From positions 129,702-193,701 of the forward strand of contig CAZCYZ010000001.1 of NCBI GenBank assembly GCA_964503465.1: a stretch of 64,000 nt of DNA. The letters run 5' to 3'. The notes under the pieces were generated by a model. The model saw only the letters and a list, made by a program, of their open reading frames with translations. It searched no databases and was not told where the DNA came from. The DNA is from an uncultured Gammaproteobacteria bacterium. Lineage in GTDB: Bacteria; Patescibacteriota; Microgenomatia; UBA12405. This document shows, one piece after another, positions 55,232 to 64,000 of the stretch (positions are counted from its first letter, which is position 1; the number at the start of each line of letters is the position of its first letter). Position numbers and translations under genes: made by a program.

Positions 55232-56137
55232 ATGAAAAAGGCCCTCTTGTTTTTTCTGGTTGTTATCTTCGCTGCTGTCGGTTTTGTTGTCATTTCGCTT
55301 CAACCAGTTTCTTCATCAATTCAACCCCAACAGTTCGTTATTAATCAAGGTGATAGTCTCAACCTCATTGCCTCCAGACTTTATTCAAGCAAGCTTGTCC
55401 GTAGTCGTTATGTCTTTATTATTTGGTCGTACCTAAAAGGTCTTAATCGTCGTCTTCAGGCCGGATCTTTTGAGCTTCTTCCGTCTCTGTCAACTCCGGA
55501 TATTGTCCTCAAGCTTTCCACGGGTGGCAGTCATGATTATTGGTTAACTATTATTGGTGGTAGTCGGCGTGAGGAAATTTCCCCACCACTAACTGGTGCC
55601 AGTGAGGGCTACTTATTTCCCGACAGTTATCTAGTCCCACGCGACTTTACTCCATCGGAAATTCTTGAGGTTATCAATCAAAACTTCCAAAAAAAATTTG
55701 CTCAGGCTAAACTTTCCCAAACTACTTCTCTTACCGATTCTGAAACCTTAGTTCTTGCCTCTCTTCTCGAACGTGAGGCCCGACTTCTTCCCACCAAACA
55801 AATGATTGCTGGCATCCTTCTTAATCGCCTCCAGATCAACATGGCCCTCCAGGTTGATGCCTCAGTTCAGTATGCTCGTGATAATCTCAAAAAACCCACC
55901 AAATACTGGCAACCGGTAACCAAAGCCGACCTTAAGATTAGTTCTCCCTTTAATACTTATCTTTATCCTGGACTTCCTCCTGCTCCCATTTGCAACCCTG
56001 GTTACGATTCTATCTTCGCCGCCTTTCATCCCACTCCCTCAAAATATCTTTTCTATATCACCGACGATTCGGGTCAAATCCACTACGCCCAGACTCTTGA
56101 CGAACACAATGCCAACATTGCTAAATACCTACGTTAA
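55232..56137 (+). CDS. mltG: endolytic murein transglycosylase MltG (YceG family)
   Basis: N-terminal TM helix and a LysM-like FVINQGDSLNLIASRL. The YceG core has ASLLEREA and SPFNTYLYPGLPPAPICNPG. Confidence 0.88.
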   Translation: MKKALLFFLVVIFAAVGFVVISLQPVSSSIQPQQFVINQGDSLNLIASRLYSSKLVRSRYVFIIWSYLKGLNRRLQAGSFELLPSLSTPDIVLKLSTGGSHDYWLTIIGGSRREEISPPLTGASEGYLFPDSYLVPRDFTPSEILEVINQNFQKKFAQAKLSQTTSLTDSETLVLASLLEREARLLPTKQMIAGILLNRLQINMALQVDASVQYARDNLKKPTKYWQPVTKADLKISSPFNTYLYPGLPPAPICNPGYDSIFAAFHPTPSKYLFYITDDSGQIHYAQTLDEHNANIAKYLR

Positions 56138-57104
56138 TTAACTCATTTAGTATTTTCCATCGTCTTTTTTTCTCTTTTGGAGGAATGTCATCTTTGTAAA
56201 TTTTTGCCGAAACTGTTCCCCGTCGTGGTGAATATTTATTAATATAAGCAATTTCAAAACCAACTTTTTGGCACAAATCTACCGTATTTTGAAAAGCCGG
56301 TTCATCCTCACCTGGAAAACCAACAATAATATCAGTCGACAATCTTACTCCCTCAATCGCGGTTCTTATTTTGTTGACCAACTTCAAATAATCCTCTCTG
56401 GTGTAACCCCGATTCATCTTTTTAAGTATTTCATTATCCCCGGATTGAATCGGCAGATGAATCAGCCTGTCAATATTCTGGTGTTTGGCTATTACCTGTA
56501 TCAGTTCGTTATCAAAATCCCATGGATTGCTACTAATAAACGATACTTTCCTTAACTTTCTACCGGCCACCTTATCCAGTAAATCAAAAAACTTTCCTTT
56601 TTGCCAAGAATTGACGCTTTGTCCAATCAGCATTACTTCCTCAAAACCTTCTTTTATGGCTTTGTCTACTTCCTCAAGAATTTCTTTTTCACTTCGATAC
56701 ATTTCTCGCCCTCTGGAATAGGGGACTATACAATAGCTACAATAATGGTCACAACCACTACTAATGGGTATCAATGCCGCTCGCTTCTTGTCTCTTATTG
56801 GCCCATCAACCTCAAATTTCTTTATTGGCCACCACTCCACTCCTTCGATTTTTTTCTTTCGCACGGGCACTAAACACCCGGTAATAATTATTCTTTTACT
56901 TTTTATATTGTTAATCAGGCCGTAAACTCTATTTTCTGCCGATTCTCTAATCACACAGGTATTTATCACTACCAGGTCAGCTGTTTTTAAGTCGTCCACC
57001 TCTTCGTACCCCTTTGTCCAAAAGTATGCCCGTATTTTTTCTGAATCAGCTTGGTTTTGAATACAACCAAAAGTTTTAATGTGAAATCTTATAACCTTAT
57101 TCAT
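56121..57104 (-). CDS. MiaB/RimO-like radical-SAM methylthiotransferase lacking a TRAM domain
   Basis: The UPF0004 domain has FHIKTFGCIQNQADSE. The radical-SAM cluster is SSGCDHYCSYCIVP. The protein ends without a TRAM domain. An ATG at 57104 is preferred over the track start at 57170, which would overlap the divergent gene. The 3' end overlaps mltG by 17 nt. Confidence 0.85.
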   Translation of the reverse strand: MNKVIRFHIKTFGCIQNQADSEKIRAYFWTKGYEEVDDLKTADLVVINTCVIRESAENRVYGLINNIKSKRIIITGCLVPVRKKKIEGVEWWPIKKFEVDGPIRDKKRAALIPISSGCDHYCSYCIVPYSRGREMYRSEKEILEEVDKAIKEGFEEVMLIGQSVNSWQKGKFFDLLDKVAGRKLRKVSFISSNPWDFDNELIQVIAKHQNIDRLIHLPIQSGDNEILKKMNRGYTREDYLKLVNKIRTAIEGVRLSTDIIVGFPGEDEPAFQNTVDLCQKVGFEIAYINKYSPRRGTVSAKIYKDDIPPKEKKRRWKILNELINVGI

Positions 57105-57125
57105 TCTCGTATTATACCCATTAAT

Positions 57126-57154
57126 TTGACACTGATTTTCAAAAGTGCCATAGT
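57126..57154 (+). promoter_or_regulatory. candidate promoter placing the TSS at or near the 57161 ATG
   Basis: TTGACA (57126-57131), a 17-nt spacer, CATAGT (57149-57154), then 6 nt to the ATG. Confidence 0.4.
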
Positions 57155-57160
57155 TATTCC

Positions 57161-57721
57161 ATGGATTCAAATCAACAGTACCAAGATATTCTTGATCAAT
57201 ATCAAAAGACTTTTAGTAATCCGCCTTCACCCTCAGTACCAGCCCCCCCTCAACCACTCGAATCAGTACCTCCATCTCCAGTACCTCCTCCTTCACCTGT
57301 TTTACTTCCACCTGTTTCACCCCCACCCATATCACCGCCACCACAACCGGTTTTACCTCCACCCCCACCTGTTCAAGCCCTGACTAAGCCAAGTAAGGAC
57401 TCAACTATTTTCTTTAAAATTTTGTTTATCCTTTCCTTTCTTCTATTTTTAGGAGTTGCTGCTGCCGTTGTTTATAATCTCCTAAGCCAACAATTGGGGT
57501 CAAACCCTCTTCCTATCAAAAAAATTACTACCACCCCATCGGAAACGCCCACTCAAGCAGTTTCTTTTTGCGAACTCAACGATCAACGTTACCAAGTCGG
57601 TCAATCATTTCCCGCCGCCGATGGCTGCAATACCTGTACTTGTCTTGAGGACTTAACTATTAGTTGCACCGAACTTTCTTGTGACATTACTCCTGCAGTT
57701 TCTCCGGTAAATGGATCATAA
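57161..57721 (+). CDS. bitopic membrane protein: Pro-rich N-terminus, TM helix, small Cys-rich (VWC-like) ectodomain
   Basis: The N-terminus is PPSPSVPAPPQPLESVPPSPVPPPSPVLLPPVSPPPISPPPQPVLPPPPPV. The TM helix is IFFKILFILSFLLFLGVAAAVVY. The C-terminus is CELNDQRYQVGQSFPAADGCNTCTCLEDLTISCTELSC. Confidence 0.6.
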   Translation: MDSNQQYQDILDQYQKTFSNPPSPSVPAPPQPLESVPPSPVPPPSPVLLPPVSPPPISPPPQPVLPPPPPVQALTKPSKDSTIFFKILFILSFLLFLGVAAAVVYNLLSQQLGSNPLPIKKITTTPSETPTQAVSFCELNDQRYQVGQSFPAADGCNTCTCLEDLTISCTELSCDITPAVSPVNGS

Positions 57722-59633
57722 CCGTCCCCGAATAATTATTTTTCTTTTTGTACTTATTGCCATTATTTTTGTCGATATTTTATTGGTCATTTATCGTCGG
57801 CAGTCCCCTCCTGCCCCAACATCCCCCGATCTCACCTCCACTTGGAAGACCTACGAGAACAAAGAATACGGATTCTCGCTTGAGTATCCGGGTCAGTATG
57901 GTCTTAAGTCGGACACGACCAACAATCTAACCAATATTGTATCCTCCGACTACCGCGACGACTCCTACGACTCCGAACCTGGTGCGGCATATCAATACGC
58001 CTCAGCAATGTTCGGAATATCAGTTGAAGATCGTGCTTGCACTCCGCCGTCCGTAGACACATCTAACCCATCTTCGGCAAAAACCACCATCGTTTCAACC
58101 AAGGATGTTGCAACAGGTGTTGTGTACGGATTTCAAAGTTACCCAGATAACTACAGTTTGTTCCAGGCTAGAATGTTCAATAACAAGTGCCTAGTTATTT
58201 CTTGTTTATCTTCAACCAAAGGTTGTTTGGAAAATGAAGTCAGTGAGGAATTTAACCAAATCCTTTCTACTCTTCAGTTTGCTGATCCTGCCTCTACCTG
58301 GAAAACATACGAAAACAAAAAATATGGTTTTTCTTTGCAGTATCCAAGTACATGGACTGTGGAAGAAAGTACAAATTCATCCCCCTCGGTCTCCTTCAAC
58401 CCTCATATAGATTCTCCCCACCTGGCCGGCCCAATAGAACCAAAAGCAGTCCCGTATGAATTAACAATTGATAAAACCAATGATAATTTTGACAAGTGGA
58501 AACAAAGGAATAATTTTCTCCCTGATATAAAGTTTTCCGTCCTGAAGATAAATAACTTGAATTTATATATTACCCGAGATCTACCGGATATGTTTGGTAA
58601 TTATGATGTCTTTGTAGATTATCCGGATGGCAGTGGTTTATTGAGATTTACTTTGTTTCCCGTCGAGGATGATCAGGAGTTAGATAACAAAATAATATCT
58701 ACTTTTAACCAAATTCTCTCCACTTTTAAATTTCTTGACACCCCCGATCTCACCTCCACTTGGAAGACATACGAGAACAAAGAACTTGGAATTAGTTTGA
58801 AGTATCCGTCGTCTTGGTACCCAGAAGGTAATTTCTTAATGCACGAAACCTGCAAAGCAAACACTAGCTGCCTGACATTGTCATTCAGTTTGACACCAAA
58901 ATCACTTCAACAATTAACCTCCGAGATTGCCATTAATGATGGTGCAGTCGACAATACCGACACCAAACCTACCCCGGTTATGGTCAACAACTTGTCTGGT
59001 TTCGAGCTTGTATACGGTGATGCCATGGGCTTAGGTAACCGAAAAATATATCTTAGTCGTCTCAACCAAAATCTTTTGATCGAACACATTATTCATGAAT
59101 CGAATCTAAAATCACAAATTAACCAAATCCTAGCCACTCTCGTCTTTAATCCCCTCGACTCTACCTCCACCTGGAAAACCTACGAAAATAAAGAGTACAA
59201 CTTTACTTTCAAATACCCGGCTACACTTAAGTTAGAACAAAATTATAATTCCCAAGATCACAAGAATTATTACGTTTCCCTTAGTAACTACAGTGAAGAC
59301 CAAACCCAGATACTACATGTATCTGAGAACTACATAAAGATCGAATTTATCACCGAAGATCTCTCCTCTGTTTCTAACATTTCTGAATTTGCCAACGACC
59401 CCAACATATTTTTACGCCACGTCAAAGACCAGCACCTTTCTGGCAATGATCCAACTAGTGCACAATCCCAAGTCATCGGCGGCCATAACTGTTGGTATAT
59501 CAAAGGGTCAGACACATCAGTTCATTGCTTTGATTCAGTTCATAAGAGGGAGTTCATCATTAGTAGAGGCATCCCCACTATTGCTTCACTGTCCGTTTTT
59601 GATCAAATTTTATCAACTCTAAAATTCCTTTAA
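57711..59633 (+). CDS. membrane-anchored exported protein with four tandem copies of the STWKTYEN...ILSTLKF domain
   Basis: It has an N-terminal TM helix. Four modules each open with (T)STWKTYENKEYGFSLxYP and close with FNQILSTLxF. The module starts lie near 57823, 58290, 58741 and 59159. Confidence 0.75.
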   Translation: MDHNRPRIIIFLFVLIAIIFVDILLVIYRRQSPPAPTSPDLTSTWKTYENKEYGFSLEYPGQYGLKSDTTNNLTNIVSSDYRDDSYDSEPGAAYQYASAMFGISVEDRACTPPSVDTSNPSSAKTTIVSTKDVATGVVYGFQSYPDNYSLFQARMFNNKCLVISCLSSTKGCLENEVSEEFNQILSTLQFADPASTWKTYENKKYGFSLQYPSTWTVEESTNSSPSVSFNPHIDSPHLAGPIEPKAVPYELTIDKTNDNFDKWKQRNNFLPDIKFSVLKINNLNLYITRDLPDMFGNYDVFVDYPDGSGLLRFTLFPVEDDQELDNKIISTFNQILSTFKFLDTPDLTSTWKTYENKELGISLKYPSSWYPEGNFLMHETCKANTSCLTLSFSLTPKSLQQLTSEIAINDGAVDNTDTKPTPVMVNNLSGFELVYGDAMGLGNRKIYLSRLNQNLLIEHIIHESNLKSQINQILATLVFNPLDSTSTWKTYENKEYNFTFKYPATLKLEQNYNSQDHKNYYVSLSNYSEDQTQILHVSENYIKIEFITEDLSSVSNISEFANDPNIFLRHVKDQHLSGNDPTSAQSQVIGGHNCWYIKGSDTSVHCFDSVHKREFIISRGIPTIASLSVFDQILSTLKFL

Positions 59634-59642
59634 TCTCCCCCA

Positions 59643-59671
59643 TTGACCCATACCTAACTTGTATATATAAT
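59643..59671 (+). promoter_or_regulatory. sigma-70-like promoter of rpoB-rpoC
   Basis: TTGACC (59643-59648), a 17-nt spacer, then TATAAT (59666-59671). Confidence 0.6.
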
Positions 59672-59688
59672 ACCCAACATCGTCAGAG

Positions 59689-62600
59689 GTGGGCGTCCTG
59701 GGCCCTTTTATTAAACAAAATTCAAAAAACTCGATGGGTTCCGCAAAAAGAATTAACTGGGGTAAAAAATACCCCAATCTTCCCGCGCTTGATTTAGTTA
59801 AGGTCCAAAAAGAATCTTGGAATCAACTGCTCCACCAGGAACTTGCTCAAACAATTTGTTCTATTTCACCAATTTCTGACTACACTGGTAACAACTGGGA
59901 ATTAACTCTTGGTGACCTTTCCTACGAACCAATCACTATTACTCCTGACATCGCCAAGAAAAAAGGTCTCAACTATACCGTTCCGGTCCGTGTCAAGGCC
60001 ACTCTTACCAACAAACGTACTGGTCATGTTGCGCAAGAAAATGTCTTTTTCCTAAACCTTCCCACCATGACCGAAGAAGGTACCTTTATTGTTAACGGTA
60101 TCGAAAGAGGTGTTATCAATCAATTAGTTCGATCTCCCGGAGTCTACTTTACCGCTCAAGCTGATCCTGCCACTGGTAAAAGTCTTTACAATGCCGAGAT
60201 TCGCCCCGTCCGTGGTTCATGGCTTGAATTTTTTATTGGCAAAAAAGATGTTATTTTTGCCCGTATCGATAGGAAGAAAAAATTTCCCGCCAGTATAATT
60301 CTTCGAGCCGCTTGCCAATTCTCCGACAAACAATTTGTTGACGAATTTTCCGATTATATTAATCACACTCTTCAGGCCGATGTAACCAAGAACAGCGAGG
60401 AGGCTATTATGGAGTTTTATCGCAAACTTCGACCCGGTGAGCCAGTGATTTTGGAAAACGCCCAAAAATTTTTTGAAGAAAGATTTTTTGACCTTCGCAC
60501 TTATGAGCTCGGTAATGTCGGTCGTTACAAAATCAACAAAAAATTCTCTTTCCGTTTCTCCGATGAAGATAAGTCCAACTGGGTTCTCAAAAAAGAAGAT
60601 CTTATCGCCACGGTCAAATATTTAATTCAACTTCAAAAAGGCGAAGTTAATCGTCTCGACGATATTGACAGTCTCGGGAATCGTCGTCTTCGTCGTTGTG
60701 GCGAAATTGTTTCCCAGGTTGCTATCCGTCCCGCTCTTATTCGCTTCGAGCGGATGATTAAGGAACGAATGAGTTTGATTTCCACCAAAGAAAAACCCAC
60801 CCCGAGCCAAATGATTAATCCCCAGCCATTAATTTCCTCCCTCAATACTTTCTTTAGAAGCAATCAACTTTCAGCTATTTTGGACCAGACCAATCCTCTC
60901 TCTGAAGTCGATCTTTTGCGTCGAGTCACCGTAGTTGGTATCGGAGGCTTAACTCGCGAAAGAGCCGCCTTTTCCATTCGTGACGTTCATTCGTCTCAAT
61001 ATGGTCGTATTTGTACTGTTCGTTCTCCCGAAGGTCCCAACATCGGTTTGGTTACTTATCTTGCTCTTTATGCTCAAGTTAATAAGTATGGTTTTATCGA
61101 AGCACCCTTCCGCCCTGTTGAAAAAGTAGGCAAGCACTATCGAATCGCTGACAAGTTTGTCTATCTCGACGCCGATGATGAGTTTGATAAACACATTACT
61201 CACTTAGCTATCAAAATTAACGACGAAGGTGTTATTGAGCAAGAATGGATCCCGATTCGTTATCAGGGTGAATTTATCGAAGGTCCAGTTGAATTAGTTG
61301 AGTTTATTGACCTTGTCCCCCGGCAAATAGTTGGGTCATCTGCCTCTCTAATTCCTTTTGTCGATCACGACGACGCTACCCGGGCTCTTATGGGCAGCCA
61401 CATGCAGACTCAGGCTGTACCTTTGGTCAAACCAGAGACCCCAATTGTCGGTACCGGTATGGAGTCCCATATCGCTTCTGCCATGAAAAGAAGTATTACC
61501 GCCAACCACGGTGGCAAAGTCACTTATGTTGATGCTCAAAAAGTCATAATTACTCTGAACAAGAAGGTTGATCCCCAAGATGTTCACGACCATAGCGAAA
61601 TTAGTAAAGACGGCAAACTCCAAACTTATCATCTAACCAAGTTTGAGCGCACCTCTCCATATGGTACTTGTTACAACCAACGAGTTGTTGTTAATGTTGG
61701 TGACACCGTTAAGGAAGGGGATCTTCTTATTGATGGTCCTTCCACCGAGAATGGCGAATTATCTCTTGGTCGTAATCTTTTGGTTGCCTACGCCTCCATT
61801 GATGGTCTCTCATATGAAGATTCTTTCTTGATTTCCGATCGCTTAGTCAAGGAAGATGTTCTCACCAACATTCAAATTTACGAATACCCCGCCAATGTTG
61901 TCGAAACCAAGCTGGGTAGTGAGGAATTAACCAAAGATATTCCCAATGTTTCCGAGAATGAACTCGCCAAACTAACCGATGATGGGATTGTTATGATTGG
62001 AGCCATTGTTGGTCCAAATGACATTTTGGTAGGTAAAGTTGAGCCTCGTGGTGAAAAAGAACTTACCGCTGAAGAAAGATTGCTTCGTGCTATTTTTGGC
62101 GAGAAAGCTCGTGAAGTTAAGGACACTTCACTTCGTGTCCCCAATGGTGAAGGCGGAGTCGTCATCAAAGTCGATGTCCTCGATAAGGACAAGGGTGACG
62201 AACTTGATCCAGGTGTTAATAAGGTTGTCAAAGTTTACGTTGCTCAAATCCGTCGGATTCAGGAGGGTGACAAAATTGCTGGACGACACGGGAACAAAGG
62301 TGTTGTTTGCCGTATTATGCCCGAATATGACATGCCACATCTGGCTGATGGTACCCCGGTAGATTTAGTTATTTCACCTCTTTCTGTTATTGCTCGTATG
62401 AACTTGGGCCAAATTCTTGAAACCACTCTCGGTTTGGCTGGTCATTCTCTCTCCCGTCAATACGCTGTTCCGGTATTTGATAAGTATTCCGAGGATCAAA
62501 TTGCCAAAGAACTCCAACAAGCAGGTTTAGACACTATCGGCAAAACTCAATTGTATGATGGCCGAACCGGTGAACCATACGATCAAAAGTCCGTTGTTGG

Positions 62601-63015
62601 TGTCAGCTACATTCTCAAATTGGTTCACATGGTTGACGACAAGGTTCATGCCCGTTCAACTGGGCCTTATTCTCTCGTTACCCAACAACCACTGGGCGGT
62701 AAAGCCCGCATGGGTGGTCAACGTTTGGGCGAAATGGAGGTTTGGGCTCTGGAAGCTCATCGAGCTGCCCATACTCTCCAGGAAATGCTCACCCTCAAGT
62801 CAGACGATATCGAGGGTCGTACTCGTGCCTTTCAATCAATTATCAAAGGTCTCCCCATTCCCGAACCCGATATTCCCGAGTCATTTAAGGTTCTTACCAA
62901 AGAGTTAGCTGGTTTGGGCATTGATATTTCTCCGGTCGGATTTTCACCAAAAGTTGACGAAGTTATTCCTAGTCAACCGTTAGCAGATTTAGATACCACT
63001 CAAAAAAATGACTGA
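59689..63015 (+). CDS. rpoB: DNA-directed RNA polymerase subunit beta (start GTG 59689 or ATG 59734)
   Basis: Motifs [53 protein letters not shown] and [44 protein letters not shown]. Confidence 0.97.
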   Translation: MGVLGPFIKQNSKNSMGSAKRINWGKKYPNLPALDLVKVQKESWNQLLHQELAQTICSISPISDYTGNNWELTLGDLSYEPITITPDIAKKKGLNYTVPVRVKATLTNKRTGHVAQENVFFLNLPTMTEEGTFIVNGIERGVINQLVRSPGVYFTAQADPATGKSLYNAEIRPVRGSWLEFFIGKKDVIFARIDRKKKFPASIILRAACQFSDKQFVDEFSDYINHTLQADVTKNSEEAIMEFYRKLRPGEPVILENAQKFFEERFFDLRTYELGNVGRYKINKKFSFRFSDEDKSNWVLKKEDLIATVKYLIQLQKGEVNRLDDIDSLGNRRLRRCGEIVSQVAIRPALIRFERMIKERMSLISTKEKPTPSQMINPQPLISSLNTFFRSNQLSAILDQTNPLSEVDLLRRVTVVGIGGLTRERAAFSIRDVHSSQYGRICTVRSPEGPNIGLVTYLALYAQVNKYGFIEAPFRPVEKVGKHYRIADKFVYLDADDEFDKHITHLAIKINDEGVIEQEWIPIRYQGEFIEGPVELVEFIDLVPRQIVGSSASLIPFVDHDDATRALMGSHMQTQAVPLVKPETPIVGTGMESHIASAMKRSITANHGGKVTYVDAQKVIITLNKKVDPQDVHDHSEISKDGKLQTYHLTKFERTSPYGTCYNQRVVVNVGDTVKEGDLLIDGPSTENGELSLGRNLLVAYASIDGLSYEDSFLISDRLVKEDVLTNIQIYEYPANVVETKLGSEELTKDIPNVSENELAKLTDDGIVMIGAIVGPNDILVGKVEPRGEKELTAEERLLRAIFGEKAREVKDTSLRVPNGEGGVVIKVDVLDKDKGDELDPGVNKVVKVYVAQIRRIQEGDKIAGRHGNKGVVCRIMPEYDMPHLADGTPVDLVISPLSVIARMNLGQILETTLGLAGHSLSRQYAVPVFDKYSEDQIAKELQQAGLDTIGKTQLYDGRTGEPYDQKSVVGVSYILKLVHMVDDKVHARSTGPYSLVTQQPLGGKARMGGQRLGEMEVWALEAHRAAHTLQEMLTLKSDDIEGRTRAFQSIIKGLPIPEPDIPESFKVLTKELAGLGIDISPVGFSPKVDEVIPSQPLADLDTTQKND

Positions 63016-64000
63016 TTTTACCGGACTTCGTATTAAACTTGCCTCACCTGAAGAGATCCTCAAATGGTCGCACGGTGAAGTCACCAAGCCTGAAACTATC
63101 AATTATCGTAGCTGGCGTCCCGAGAAAGATGGGCTTTTCTGCGAAAAAATCTTTGGGCCAAGTCGTGACTACGAATGTTATTGTGGTAAGTACAAAAAAA
63201 TTAGATTTAAGGGTGTTATTTGTGATAAATGTGGAGTTGAAGTCACCACCTCCAAAGTCCGACGCGAACGTATGGGTCACATCTCTCTGGCTGCTCCAGT
63301 CACTCATCTCTGGTACCTTCGCAACACTCCATCACCCATTAGCGTCATCCTCGATATTCCTCAAAAAGATCTTGAGTCAGTTGTTTACTTTACCAAATAT
63401 CTTGTTACTTCAGTCGATAACGACAAAAGAAAAGAGGCCCTCGACAATCTACATCAGTTAAGTCGCCAAAGAGTCGAGCAAATCGATGTCGATACTAAAC
63501 GAGCCATCGATTCGTCCACCAAACAAGCTCAAGAGGACAAAAAAGTACTCAAAACCAAAATCAAAAATCCAGACCAACTTCTTATTGCCCAAAAAGAACG
63601 CGATGTCCGCCTCAAGCAGGATGTTCAAAAGATCGAAAACAAAGCTCAAACTGAAAAATCTCGAATTGAAAGCTTGATTAAGTTTCTCGAGGATAAGATT
63701 CGTTCCTTGGATACCCTAACTGTTATTGGAGACGAAGAAAGTTTTTATTTAGCCCAGTTTAAGGCCGACATCTTCTTCCAATCCAAAATGGGCGCCGAGG
63801 CTGTCTATGAAGTTCTCAAGAAAATTGATCTCCCTGAAACTGTTAAGAATCTTAAAAAAGAGCTTGCTAAGACCAGTAGCCGTCTTCGTAAGAAGAAAAT
63901 CATGTACAAAATCCGCATTATCAACGGCATGATCGAAAATGAAATCCGTCCCGAATGGATGGTTATGACCAATGTTCCAGTTGTCCCACCAGATCTTCGA
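63008..64000 (+). CDS. rpoC: DNA-directed RNA polymerase subunit beta' (5' part; continues beyond window)
   Basis: Own translation from the ATG at 63008, which overlaps the rpoB stop by 8 nt: [79 protein letters not shown]...[15 protein letters not shown]. The zinc-binding CxC...CxxC motif is present. The ORF is absent from the track because no stop lies in the window. Confidence 0.95.
   Translation, partial: MTDFTGLRIKLASPEEILKWSHGEVTKPETINYRSWRPEKDGLFCEKIFGPSRDYECYCGKYKKIRFKGVICDKCGVEVTTSKVRRERMGHISLAAPVTHLWYLRNTPSPISVILDIPQKDLESVVYFTKYLVTSVDNDKRKEALDNLHQLSRQRVEQIDVDTKRAIDSSTKQAQEDKKVLKTKIKNPDQLLIAQKERDVRLKQDVQKIENKAQTEKSRIESLIKFLEDKIRSLDTLTVIGDEESFYLAQFKADIFFQSKMGAEAVYEVLKKIDLPETVKNLKKELAKTSSRLRKKKIMYKIRIINGMIENEIRPEWMVMTNVPVVPPDLR

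Noticed and set aside
1-64000. Alternative genetic code (UGA recoding as in some CPR lineages)
   Set aside because: TGA terminates well-conserved genes at the expected lengths, for example rpoB at 63013-63015 and the ATGA junctions in gatA/gatB. No conserved gene is interrupted by in-frame TGA.
1-64000. CRISPR arrays, tRNA/rRNA genes, transposases, integrases, prophage blocks, DGR components
   Set aside because: All intergenic gaps are 245 nt or shorter and were read individually. None contains spaced direct repeats or cloverleaf-like sequence, and no ORF shows RT, transposase, integrase or Cas motifs.

Overview
This 64-kb window is compact: about 95% is coding and GC is roughly 40%. About 60 genes lie on the + strand. 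Only four small minus-strand islands interrupt them (17712-18443, 21880-22845, 43072-44267, 56121-57104). All calls come from reading motifs by eye; no homology search was run.

Most of the content is housekeeping:
- pcrA and gatC-gatA-(2 inserted genes)-gatB
- an hrcA-grpE-dnaK-dnaJ operon with a CIRCE operator
- nusA-infB, rpsO-pnp and rnj
- a T-box-controlled archaeal-type proS
- ftsK, alaS, ruvX, mltG and rpoB-rpoC

Several features suggest a Gram-positive-like, reduced-genome bacterium, probably Patescibacteria/CPR, perhaps Microgenomates-like. This is inference. The features are:
- truncated core genes: infB lacks its N-terminal domains, alaS lacks the C-Ala domain, hrcA is short, dnaJ has no zinc finger, and a Lon AAA+ module has no protease domain
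- sortase, FemAB, CIRCE/HrcA and a T-box
- many polytopic GT-C-like membrane proteins and a YYY/DUF2298 protein

The standard genetic code is used. I saw no rRNA, tRNA, CRISPR array, transposase or integrase.

Candidates most worth follow-up:
1. 221-9732: a UbiA (DPPR-synthase-like) + PAP2 + four GT-C-like proteins + DUF362 locus. It resembles the mycobacterial decaprenyl-phospho-pentose donor pathway.
2. 43072-44267: a minus-strand two-gene unit, a membrane-anchored class III nucleotide cyclase overlapping a 134-aa orphan.
3. 17712-21928: a minus-strand PD-(D/E)XK-like orphan, a divergent 88-aa ORF and a helicase-nuclease fusion.
4. A compact T-box leader, recurrent -10-like hexamers 5-7 nt before start codons (possible leaderless mRNAs), and a conserved intercistronic hairpin repeat.
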